Part shown: positions 49,344 to 62,696 of the stretch, in pieces | Numbering within the stretch: the stretch's first letter is position 1 | Layout of the letters: every line of letters begins with the position of its first letter | From: Gonapodya sp. JEL0774 | Lineage: Eukaryota | NCBI GenBank assembly: GCA_027604505.1 | Contig: JADIIX010000048.1 | Location: 62,001-126,000 of the forward strand | Length of the DNA: 64,000 bases | Direction: 5' to 3' | Made by a program: the position numbers and the translations under genes | The notes under the pieces: generated by a model | The model's database searches: none | What the model was told of the DNA's origin: nothing | The model's input: only the letters and a program-made list of their open reading frames with translations

Positions 49344-50530
49344 CTACCGTGCTGCCCGTACAATAGCTGTGATAACACCTACAGCGACCTGTTTAAAAAC
49401 AAAGTATTGCAAGTGCGATTTGGACGAGAAACCACAGAACGAATACGACGTGAGGTGAGCAGGGGAGGTAGTCTCTCCACCGAAACGGCCTCACTCACAG
49501 CCGCCGCTCCTCCCACAATCGCCATGCCCGTAACTCCTTCATCCCTAACTCTTTGCTCGATCAAGTCGTTCAGTGCCTCGAACTGGGAGTTGGATGGTTC
49601 CTCTCGTCGCAGGGTGAGGATGAACTTTCGTGCTTCGGCATAGTTGCCGAGCTTCAGGTTGCCAATAGAGAGATAGAAGAGACATTCTCTGGAGAGGGGT
49701 GGGTGGTGTTTGTAGAGTCCTGCGGTGGTTGTAGTTTCAGAGAAATATAAGAGCCAGTGGGACGACATAAAACACAAAATGAACCCCGCGATGATTCAAG
49801 TCAAAACTGCTCTCAAACACCCCAATACACAATAAGGAAAGGATCCGTGAACCGGGGTGTTTTTGTACCCGCTTCCTTTCGGTGTTCGGGAGAATCGAGC
49901 ACTCCGGCATAAAAAGGAGCTCTTGAGGGTAAGGACGAGAGATTACCACCGTCTTCAAGCGCGTAGAATTTTGCTTAGATCGCTCACACCTCGCCGAAGC
50001 ACCAGTTTTCCTGCCACAGACCGGTCAGCGGACTCACCCCAGAGGACCTTCAAACCCTCTTCAACATCCTGTTTACTTCCACTACGGACTAAGCCCCATC
50101 CGTAGTTAAAGGTGGTCTTTGAAGGGGGGAGGAGTGGGGAGGGAGAGGAGTATCGTAACGTAAACACATTACCGCATCCCAATGATCTGCGAAGTTTCGT
50201 TACGAGAGCAGCACCTGCATAGAAGGGGCTGGTCGCTCTCTTTGATATTGTTCCCTAATGACCTGATTGGTGATGAACACAACTACTTCAGGAGACGGCG
50301 CATCCAGAAGGGGATGAGACTCTGTACCTGTACTTGCTGAAGACAATTGCAGAGATCGTGTTAAGCATGTGAGTTTCCATTGAATACGTCAGTTTGTGGG
50401 AGATTAGACTCGAAATTCGACCAGATAACACAACGAATATAGTTACGTCAGCGGGTAAGTTTTCTATTGCCTCCACAGGTACTATCTTCCCTTCATCATT
50501 GTCTTGCTTGAAGATGTTGAGGAAATCCAT
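49344..50530 (-). CDS. FIS1: Mitochondrial fission protein FIS1
   Basis: IREQYQKE, TTFNYGWGLVRS..DVEEGLKVL, RECLFYLSIGNLKLGNYAEAR..EPSNSQ, and tail anchor GVTGMAIVGGAAA|VAVGVITAIVRAAR. Confidence 0.93.
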
Positions 50531-50647
50531 GATGACGGAGTGCAGGATGCTGATGAGGGAATCTGCATGCACCAATTTACTTGTAGGAACTTATCAGTTT
50601 GGCTGAGGCCGAGTCCACTTCTTCCTTTCCCCCATTTCCGCGCAATA

Positions 50648-51606
50648 ATGGACTTTGTCGACCTGCCACCAACAAACGGGCTACCCACCCTTCCACCCTC
50701 TCTCGTTGCAACACTTGTTCATACCAATATCAGGTCTGGACTCATGTGCGTCAGTTGTCTTCGCATTTTGGCTTGAATCCTCTCCGACGAGTGAAAGTAT
50801 GATTTGAGCTCCAAAACCATCGCGTTCTCGCTCTGTCCCATGCTTTAGTATAGTGTGCGCTCATGTCCGGTCATCTCCTGTAAATCTCGCTCCCTGATCC
50901 CAACCTCGCCACCCCGTCCGATTTTGAAGGATGTCACCAAATCCTCTTATTCCGCCCGTTCAACCTCAAACCATCAAATATCGTACCTAACAAAGACAGC
51001 ACCTCGGTACTTCTGCACTTCGTGTGCCTGCACGACCCAAACGCCTGTATGCAAATTCATGCTCCAGGCAGCACTGGCGTACAAAGGCTCAATTCGCACT
51101 GTGCTCGCTTGGGACGAGGTTGTGGAAAAGCTGTTGGGTTGTACAGCTATTGAACTGGATAAGGTACACAGGGATTTCTTTCCACGCTCTCCCTAAACAT
51201 GGGTATGACATTAAAGTGCAATTCATTCTATCCCATCTTGTGATAGCTGATTATCGACATCCCTGCATTACTTGACTTCGTGGAAGACTATATACTCGGA
51301 ACCAAATGCACTGTATCCTTGAGAAACACCGTTCGAGTGAGAAAGGTGGGTCCTCGACCGGCGACTGCTGTTAACCAGCTCCAGGAACATGATTCTACTC
51401 TCATCTCGCCCCCAATACTTGCGCTTTTTTCATCCTGTATACTTTTTCTCCACCCATTCTCCTAGCATGCCGACTTTGCCCCTGATCCCATCGCGGATTC
51501 GATCGTGCCAATAAACACAAATTATGTGCCTTTTATGAAGGCTTGGGAGAGAAGGGTGGGCTTGCAGACGACAAGGGACACGAAACAACCGATGGCAGGC
51601 TGCTAA
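50648..51606 (+). CDS. Small OB-fold/Zn-finger protein (RPA1 C-terminal / DDIAS-like)
   Basis: SCPVISCKSR...YFCTSCAC..CKFMLQAALAYKGSIRTVLAWDEVVEKLLGCTA: two Cys pairs plus a F/W-D-x-x-x-E-x-L-L-G-C-T-A motif typical of the RPA70 C-terminal OB fold. Ends uncertain. Confidence 0.55.
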
Positions 51607-52224
51607 TTGGAGAACGGTTGCCAGGTATGGAAGTGTGCTTGGTGCACAATATCGGATGTGGAATGTTGATCTACTCACCGTTATTCTCAGTCGGGCTTGG
51701 GTGTGGGTAGAAGGATCCAGGGGAAAGAGTGCAGACAAGTGATCAGCAATTAAGAGTGTGAAAGACCTACCTCCGAGAATATCCCAGTGTGTGGTTGAGG
51801 CCCAACTCGAACTGGAACTTTGCTCTGCAACTCGAACTTTACTGCTCCGCACAACTGCAATAGTTCAATCCCCTTCGCTCTTCTTACACGGTCATCGTCA
51901 TCGAACACTCGGGAGGCTACCGTGACGCACGCCTTCAGCTGGCATCACTTGGAAACGTGATGTAATCGCGACTCTAGTAATATTGAGTCTTCAATGGAAG
52001 TAAATGCCATTGAACAGAATGAGAAATGAGTTGTTGCTGCATAGCCTCTGCAATTCCCTTGCTGCAATTATCGAACTAGTTAAAGATAACTGAAAATTGG
52101 GCTCATCAAGGAACATACATAAAGTTTGTACAGTGTTCGGTGCGAAGACTGCCCTCTCAGACGATTTCATTGTTTCATTTCGCGCAGCCTTCTCTTTCAC
52201 AGATTTTTTGCATCTCGCTCAACT

Positions 52225-54457
52225 ATGCGAGAGATCGTGACTCTTCAATTTGGCAACCATTCGTCACACGTCCTTGCCCACCTATGGAACATCTGTGATC
52301 GGGCATCGTCATTGTTTTATCTATCACCTGGCATCTCGAACCTTTCGCGGGACAAAATCGCTCCTTTTCTCCGCCATTTACCCTCAGACCTTGAGTGGGA
52401 CTCGGACGTGCTCTTCCGAGTCGGATACGATGTTGCCACAGGAGTCGAGACGTACACCCCTCGAGCTGTCGTGTTCGACACTAGAGAGGGGTTTGGAGGT
52501 CTCAGTAAATCCGGTGGCCTTTATGGGGGTGCGAGGAAGGGCCATGAAGAGAACGAAGGATTGGGGGCTACGTGGGGGGGACAACTTCAGGTGTTTCAGC
52601 AGGAGCCATGGGTTCAGAGCGAATACTTGAAGCATCTGGATGAGGAAAGTAGCGACGCATGGGACGGGAGTGGTGAGCGGTAGGAGGTTTCTCATCATTC
52701 AACCTCGCGCGAGATGCATTTAACCATGTCAAAAACCAATTCCTGCTATAGGCTTTGCCGATCGGTCATCCGATTCAGCGACCCCCATAACAACCCAACG
52801 TGCACCTAATTTCAACCTCTCCGCCACGGTGTCCACTTGGTCCGATTTTTGCCGTGTTTACTTTCACCCGCGGTCCGCCGCTGTCATCCCACCTTCGTCT
52901 ATATCTCCTGCAGCGGAGGACCCAATGTCCCCATTTCCAACGTTTACATCGGGTATGGATTGTATGGCGAATGAGTCTGAGTTCGTCGATGGGGTCATGG
53001 AGGACCAGATCCGCCTGTTCGTTGAGGAGTGTGACGCTATGCAGGGATTCCTGGCGGTTACGGGTGTGGATGATGGGTGGGGAGGGTTTGCAGCGGGAAT
53101 CCTGGACAGAATCAGGGATGACTACGGTGACAAGTGCGTAGTGGTCACAGTTGGTATTGCTGGTGAGGGGAGCGGTGTGAACGAGGGCCATTACGACGAG
53201 GAAGTGGACAATGAGTACGAAGATGATGATGATACTGCGACACCTGGGCCGAGGTCGAGAATAAATAAGCGTGCAAAACGAGGGCGCGAAGCAGCAGTTG
53301 GTACGTCAAGGAATCAGCGTCAACAAGAGGATGTTCTAGGGACACGCTCGGCAGGTACATCACTTAGTCAGATCCGTTCTCTAGCGAACAATGCCCTTTC
53401 ACTCCATCACTTGTCTTCGACGTCATCTCTTTATCTACCAATGCACTCTCCGACCAGTGCAAACCTCATATCAGGCGGGGGCTGGAACCGATTCCTTGAC
53501 TCAAAATCTCTCGACCTTTCCAAAATTTACACCACCTCTGCCTTAGTTGCCACTGCCTTAGACACCCTCCTCCTCCCCAGTCGGCTTCGAGACCCTACTT
53601 TGGTTTGCCATCTCGATGAGATGTCTCTTTCGATGCGTATCAGGCCCGATTGCAAAGTAGCCGGCGTAGCAGGGGCTCTCCCATTCCCTGTATATGTGAA
53701 CGAACGAACAGACTACTCTAGTGCTTTGGATGCTGTACCCAAGACGCTTCCAACATTGCTCGAGCGGGCGATGGGAGAGTGCTTCGGCCCGTTTGATGTG
53801 TCAATGGACGATCGGGGAGCTGTGGGACCCTCAGTGACTCAGCAGCGGTCACTACTGTGGGACTTCACTCTTTCTCGTAATCCTTATGTTCCCACAAGAC
53901 TTCAATCAACATTGGCCTCCATGAGTCGGCCAGTGCCGGGACCTCCTATCTTTCGCCCGTATTCACAGCACCTCACTCTCCGGGGCCTTCCTGCCTCATG
54001 CCTTTTGCCCACCTATTCTCGCTCTTCTTTTGCCGATCATGTTCGCGCCTGGACAAGCCCCCACGACCCTGCACGCACACGACCGTTTCTACCACCTTCG
54101 CCACTGATCCTCCCCGACTCATACCCTCCATTATTCTCGAAAGACCTTCTTCTGGACGGCACCGTTCTGGACGTCTCCACTTCCGGTGGAGTGGGGGGTG
54201 CTCGACCCGAATCTATTCCCTCTCTGTCATCTGTGTACGTAGCTTCGACCATGACTCCATATTTCGCTGCTGCACTGCGATCAACAGGAGTTCTTGCTGG
54301 AGGATCGAGAGAGCAGAGCTCAGTGTTGATTGAGGAATTCCGAGGGACTGGGGGTGCCTCAAGTCAAGGCGGGCGGGACGTTGGTGTTGGGCGCGAGGAA
54401 GTTGTTGAGATACGGGAGGCATTACAGGGTATGGTAGAGACCTACATGGAACTTTAA
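52225..54457 (+). CDS. DML1: Misato/Dml1 tubulin-like protein
   Basis: MREIVTLQFG..HLWN, VLFRVG..ETYTPRAVVFD..GFGGL, TWSDFCRVYFHPRS, IRLFVEECDAMQGF..DDGWGGFA, LPDSYPPLF. Confidence 0.93.
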
Positions 54458-55304
54458 TCCTCCGTTTTTGATCTTAGATTCGTGATTTCAATTGGCCCAT
54501 GTTCGTGGCCAGCCCAGGGCTCCACACTATTCAATCACTCTCCATGTATCGCTGGATATCTATCTCGTTGTTCGAACTCAGCGTCCCGGTATCCAGAGAT
54601 GATTCTTCGTGCGGGAAGAATTTCGTTGTTTTTGAGATGGAATAAACACTTTCAAATCACTTTCCATGTAATCAAGACACAAGAACTACCAAAACATGAC
54701 AGTATACATCTTGATATTGATTTGAAAACCTTACAGAAAGTATGAAGTGGAACGGAAGTTTTGGCTGTGGTTTACGGTTACTGCGGTCGAAGTTTTTGAG
54801 ATTGAATTGTTTTTTGCTTTCTCTTAGCACGCTTTCCTCAACTTCCCCCTTCCCCCCGAACTCCCCAAGGTATGTAGCCGGAGAGTAGAGTATGACAGCA
54901 TCAGTTCTCTGGCATCCGATATCGTCAAAATGTGGGCCGATTCGCCGCGACCCCACTAAGAGGTGGCTCCGTTGAGGATGGGGCGAGTGGGGACTGTCCT
55001 GAACCGTCCATATCTGTCAGGCTGGACGATAGTGGATTACACACGCCCATGAATGCAGTTGAGCCTCCGGGGGTGTCGACTCCTTCGATAACTGCCCCTG
55101 GGTTCACCTGGGAAGTCACCAAATGCACCTCGCCCGGAAACCGGAACACGATTGAACACACTCTTGATGGACGCTCAAGACTCTTCGCCGCTCGAAATTT
55201 CCACTGCGTCCCATTTTCATCAATTTCTCGCCGCCGTTTTCACCATCATTGGCATACCATGGTTGCGTCTGACCTCGCTCGTTGCACAATAGTCCGAACC
55301 GACG

Positions 55305-55964
55305 ATGGCCGACAACGACGAGAACACCACCTTCGAGGGAGTCTCCTCCGGGGCCTCCGCGACTTACCCGATGCAGTGCTCTGCTCTCCGCAAGAACGGC
55401 CACGTCGTGATCAAGGGGAGGCCCTGCAAGATTGTTGACATGTCCACCTCGAAGACTGGCAAGCACGGTCACGCCAAGGTCCACCTTGTCGGTATTGACG
55501 TGAGTATTACGTTACATTGAAGGATGATTAGTGTCTCATACTTCCCGTGGAACTCATGAACAACGTGTCTGCTACCTCCCTACCCCCCTTCAGATTTTCA
55601 CCGGCAAGAAATACGAGGACCTCTCTCCCTCCACCCACAACATGGATGTGCCTAACGTGACCCGCATGGTTCGTCTTTTGCACGCTATTTGCTGGTGATC
55701 CTGTGAGGATCCCACTCACATGACGTGCCCTTTTCGCTTTCGTTAATTCATCTCATACAGGAGTACCAGGTTCTCGACATTGATGAGGGCTTCCTCTCGC
55801 TCATGAAGGAGGACGGTTCCACCAAAGACGACGTCAAGGTCCCCGGCGAGGAGCTCGGCAAGCAGATCGAGACTGACTTCAAAGCTGGCAAGGACATCAT
55901 TGTGACTGTCATCTCTGCCATGGGCGAGGAGTCCTGCATCTCGTACAAAGAGGCGCCGAAATAA
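55305..55964 (+). CDS. TIF51: Translation factor eIF5A (3 exons)
   Basis: [66 protein letters not shown]; the hypusine-site motif is intact. Confidence 0.98.
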
Positions 55965-56662
55965 ACGACTTATATTTCAGTATCCACGATTGTTGCAGTG
56001 GAAGTGGGAATGCGTTTCGGGGTGGAAAAATCGGTGTCGGAGGCTTGGCGTTGGACGGTTTGTCTTTCGTAGTTGTCTGTTGTTGTGAGTGGTGCCTCGT
56101 GGAGGCCGCATCTTACCTCGGGCTATTGGCTTGGAGGGATGGTGGGGACGTTATGGTTCCCGAGCTGCTTACTGTGATCAAATCATTAGAGTGTATAATG
56201 CACATTCCATACATAGCTCACCGAGTGACATATTGAGTAGTGGTTTTCCATTGTCCCCAGTCGTGCAGTGCCGCAAGTTTGCTCTTTGTTTGCATTTTAT
56301 GATTCAACACGAACTTTTCACATTCTCCAATCTGAATTCTCCTTTCACTCCCACACAAGTCTCGTCCTTTCCAAGCTCGTTTATGCTTTGACCCTACACT
56401 AGTACTGTGACGAGCTCAGTCATCCACCAAAAACGAAGTTGCTCGATCTCCGAGCTGACAGAGCCTTGTATTTCCATCATGAGTGCCTTTGTTAATTGCA
56501 GAATGAGGGAAGAGCACGCGCACCACGGACGCAATGACCCACAATAATTTTCTTGTTATGTGCATTGTTCCCACCCCTACAAAACGAGCCCTCTCACTCT
56601 CATACAAACTCAACCTCAAACTATCCGCGCAACCACAGTCCCTCATCCTCCTAGCCCCGCGC

Positions 56663-57901
56663 TCAGTAGAACGTCGACGGCCTTTTGCCCGAGAACACCT
56701 TGGTGTAACGCTTGGATTCGGGGCGAATGACACGGTGAGGCAAAGGGAACTTGAGGTTGGGCTCGGTGAGCTGCTGGGTGTAAGCACGGCGGAGGTCCGC
56801 GGTCTTGACCTCGGCAACACGGATAATTTGGATAGAGCTGAACCGGGCACGGTGGCGGGCCGCCATGTCCTGGTCTGGAAACGTCGTTGGCAACGGTGTA
56901 GGATGATGTGAATGCGGGGATCAACAAGCAAGTTACTTGGGGTTCACTTACAGCATGATGACACAGCGTCCGCTCGGTTAAGCTCCCGGTACTCTTTGTA
57001 CATGTTGTGGGTACCGGAGCGAGAGTCGTAACGGAGCCATACACCGAAGTTCTTGACAGCGAGGGGCTTCTTCTCGAAGATCTGTGGTCATGATAGAGAC
57101 ATGCAACCATGTTTCAAAGCGTTTTTAAAAATGTGGGATTAAGCATCAATACAATTGGGTCAAGCCCCACTGTATTTCCTATCTGGTCAGACTGGGGGGG
57201 AGCAACGACAACGGCAGCGGGGGCATCCCCAATCCCATGCTCTGGAGGTCCATAGCTTCCTGTATGCTTCCATCAGAGTTTCACTAGACTCACCTCGTTC
57301 ACGCTGACAATCTGACCGTTCGCCTTCTTTACCCTCTTAAGCTTCTTGATGAAGTACCAGAAGCGAGACTTGGCGACGACCTCGTTGGGCGCAAAGATCC
57401 GCATGCGGTAGAGACGAGGTGTAGGCTCGGCCTCAGTGGGCTTGTGACGCCCGATGACGGAGTACTCCTTAAGCTGGTGTCACAATGGACCACACAGAGA
57501 CGTTGCAGGGAAAGAACATGCAGAGAGCGTCCGGTTAGCGCTCCACTTTCGGGTTCCGACGAATCTCTCTCCTAATACAAGACAGAGATTGCTCCACTTT
57601 CTCTCAACGTCGAGTGTCCAGAGCTCCAGAGTGAGATTGTGCGTCCACTGTCCACGCACTCCTTCCCCGATTTGTGCTGGTCGGATCACCAGCATCAGCA
57701 TCAAAAGTAACACGCGTTCACTCGCTCGTCTCATTCTCCATTTCTTTGCTTTCTCGTTGTCGCCCTCTTTCCGCAATTCCAGCTTGAAATGTCATCCCAG
57801 GTTGTCTTCCCCAAACCAGCATTGTCCATTTTGGTGGCAGTCCAGTTGTTGTTTGAGTGCCTGCGAGTTTGTTTGTTTCCGCAGATGCTTACCCAGGCCA
57901 T
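56663..57901 (-). CDS. RPL20: 60S ribosomal protein eL20 (L20/L18a), 4 exons
   Basis: [86 protein letters not shown]. Confidence 0.97.
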
Positions 57902-58107
57902 TGTGAGGGGTAGATGGATGTGGTGGATGGAGGTGTGGGTGCCCAATATCTGGTGTCTATGTGCCGGATTGTTTGTATTCCCCTCAAACTCAACAAGCCT
58001 GCGGTACAAACGTGATGTGCGATGTGCGAGCATACATTGTGCAAATTGTTTCGTATTACATGTATCTGATCACTCTCAGGCCAGCGCCGGGCTCACCCCC
58101 AACAAAT

Positions 58108-59081
58108 TTATGTTCGCGAAGGAGGGGCAACCTAGTGGGGAGACAAAGCACGTGACCGTTCAAAAATGTGCACGCGGTTTGTTCAAGAGGAGCTCTCAGT
58201 GAGCTCACCAAAATCACACCATCTCCTCGAACCTGAGAAACCAAACGAGTGGTCATACCCACGCCACATCAAGCCCACTACCCCCATGGCGACACACTCA
58301 CGAAAAGCATCTCATGGGCCCTCTTCAAAGTCTAAGAAGAAGGAGAAGCACGAGTCTCGTGAGCATTGAAATACAAATGGTCAACACATCACTCCCCCGG
58401 AGAGCCCATCCCTTTTGAGTCCTCCTAACAGACTCACCCGCACAGTCTCTTCACTCGTCTGTTCGTTCACGTCCACGACTGTTACGAGCTCCTCCACGTC
58501 ACCCAAGACCATATTTAGATGTCTTCACAGATTGCGGACAGTTGAGCGAGTCCCGAGTCGACGGACGGGAGGTGGCAATGCAGACACCATAATAAGACAG
58601 TCAGCAATTCCATGTTTTGCAGAGTAAGGTATGTAGCGCATGTCAGGTTTCATTCGTCGTTTCATACCCGTCACATTCCATCCATGGTAACCCCAGCAAG
58701 CACGCGACACACATCCGTATTGAAAACCAGATAGCGGTAATTGTCATAAACCGTTAGTCACGTCCCAGTCATCCAACCACCTCACAGAGCACAACTCACT
58801 GATCAAACGCCTGATATTGCAACAAGATTCCCAGGTCCACCACATTCACGAAACACAGATTTCATACACGGAAAACATAAGATTCAGTAGCCGAATCACA
58901 CACCTTCCCGACGCCTTCAGATAATAGGACGATGGATCGGTGTGGTGTCCGGGATTGAACGTACATGCAGTTTACCCTTCAGCTCCCTATCCCCTCTGAG
59001 CTTCACGCGGACGACCTCATCTAGGGATAGTTTCACAAGATCCAATGGTTGCTCGACAGCGGTGGACGGAGGCGCAGCCAT
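58108..59081 (-). CDS. LSM3: U6 snRNA-associated Sm-like protein LSm3 (6 exons, 96 aa)
   Basis: [72 protein letters not shown]. Not recoverable from the ORF track. Confidence 0.93.
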
Positions 59082-59206
59082 AGAGACTCAATAATAGTGA
59101 TGAAGGGTTCGTTCGGGCCAGGGCAGTGTGGCAGAACCTCGACGGACCTAAATGATTGCATCACTCGAATTTCTTGATTCGCATTCAACCTCAGTCTCCC
59201 TTCAAA

Positions 59207-61010
59207 CTATTGCCCATCCCCCGCCTCTCCAACTTCCTCCCATGTCCCATCTAACCCTTCCTTCCACAATGTGACTCTGTTATCTCCACTAGCCACGGCT
59301 AATACGTTGCCCGCAGCGCTCCATGACACCCGCCAGACAGCATCGGGGAAAGGCGTGGCACGGAGGCGGGTGAAGGTCCATTCGGTGGAGGGGTTGGAGG
59401 AGGGGTGGGACCAGATGAGCACAGTTTTATCCTGGAGAAGGGTGGTGGTAGGTTGGTGGAGATGTCAAAGAGCAGGGGAAAACGCGAACATAGAGGGAAG
59501 CAAACACATACTTGAGAGCAGCTGGCGATTCTCTGTCCCGGCAATCCAATACTAGGAGCCCATGCAACGTCTCGGACCCAGTCTTGGTGTCCTTGAAGAA
59601 TACACTCCTCCTTCCATTGTCCATTTTCCTCCCTAATTAGCGGCAGCCAGCCATTAGTGAAGAGCGCAGAATTCGAATTCGACATGAATGAACCATTCTG
59701 CCACTACAAACGACCACGCACCTCCATATCTTTACGTTATTATCACAACCACCGCTCGCCACTCTCTTCCCAGCCGATGCCGCGGTCGCCCCGCCCGCCA
59801 TTTGAATGAGTGACCCGGGTACGGTGGAAGGAGCCCATGAGACTGCGGTGACCCCGATGGAGTGCCCCGGAAATGTAATTGCTTCCCATGACCCGTCGTC
59901 TAGTGGTGGGTCCAGCGAGGTGCCGAGCATCGAATTGACGGTGGGTCAATACATCAGTCCCAAAACGAGATGAGACAGGAGCAGCGCGACAAGTGTTGCT
60001 AATTGCGAGAGCGCCTACTTACCTCTGCAAGTGTGTATAGAGATTTTTCCGTCGGAGCTCCCGGCGGCCAGGATAAGCCCAAACTCATGGGGGCACCAGG
60101 CAATTGAATTCACTTTCAAGTGAAATGGGTGACGTGGTGGGTGGGGTCAGAGGAGGACGCGTGTTGGTTGAGGCAGAATAGGGAAACCCGATGTGAGAAA
60201 AATACGACGAAAACAACGTTACCCCTCGCAATCTCATTTAACTCCTAGCGAGCACCAAAAGGGCCCATCGAGCATCGCCAATCCGACACCTACCGCTCGC
60301 ATTATGTCCTCCCAGCTCTCTTACTCTCTGCCACTGTCCTACCGCTTCCTTCCACACCACCACCCGCCCATCGTACCCACACGAGGCGAGTAGGGTGCCG
60401 AATTTGGGGTGGGCCCAGGAGACTTGCCAAACAGGGCCGTCGTGGCTGCGAGAAAGGGTGATTCGGAGGGTGGATTAAAGATGTGGGAGAGGCAGGACCT
60501 ATGTGTCAGTCATACTTGCGAGAAGCCACCCGTGGAATTACGCTTCTGCGTTTGCAGTGAGTTGCTTCCACGAACCGTCTGTTCTCTGGACACCAGGCAG
60601 ATCCTTCCAAAGTACCGACTGGGGTTGCTGCGACACACTTGCCACCACTCATGGCATCTCAAATATGCCGGCAGTTTCGCTTTCCGCCATCAAATTGCCA
60701 AGGGAGACTGAAAACCAGCCGTTTCTCGGCAAAACATTGCAGTGACTCCACTTCGCTCATGACCACCACCACAACACACAATTTCATTCTATCATCTGTA
60801 TCGCACTCTATTTCATCCGACCTTCTCCCCCAATCCTCGCAAAACTGACCCTTTTAGGGTATCGACCAACTTGTGAGTATTCCCGTCGACATCGAACACT
60901 TTCACGGTCCTATCGGACGAGCACGTCGCGAGTTTCCTGCCGTAGTAATCAAGCTGGGCATCATGTATAATATCCTCGTGTTGTGTGGCGATCTCGAGTT
61001 TGGCGTCCAT
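59207..61010 (-). CDS. SEC13: COPII coat / nucleoporin SEC13 (WD40)
   Basis: [100 protein letters not shown]. Confidence 0.97.
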
Positions 61011-61223
61011 TTAGAAGTGGGGGAATGATTGCAGTTGAGGTACGAAGGTGCAATGGGGATAGGCAGATGGCGGGAAGGATACACGAAGGAGAAATAATTG
61101 GAAGATTGACGAGATGGTACGGTCTAAGGGAAGAAATGAAAGGGGCAATATCGGGTTGTCGTCAATTTAAAATTTTGGAGGGTGGAAAGTTACATATGTA
61201 ATTCATCAAGCTCTATAACATAG

Positions 61224-62473
<1,250 letters not shown>

Positions 62474-62696
62474 GATTGAGTGTGAATCCAGAGAAGTGAG
62501 AGAAGTCAGTGACGCGGTGCCAGAGCTTCTATTCTTCTGCCCAAAACTTTCAACAACGCTGTATCCACTAGTCTTGAAGATTACAAGGTTTCCTGCAAAC
62601 TATTTCCAAGTTGGCATCAGAAAAGGCGGAACTTAAAATGCTCTCATTGCCTTGAAAAAAACGATACAGCACGCGAGATCGGTCTTCGCAATTCAG

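Noticed and set aside
54900..55160. GC-rich segment upstream of eIF5A with fragments reminiscent of U1 snRNA, SRP RNA or RNase P motifs
   Set aside because: No AUACUUACCUG 5' end, no Sm site and no complete SRP helix-8 or P4 pair found; only short chance similarities.
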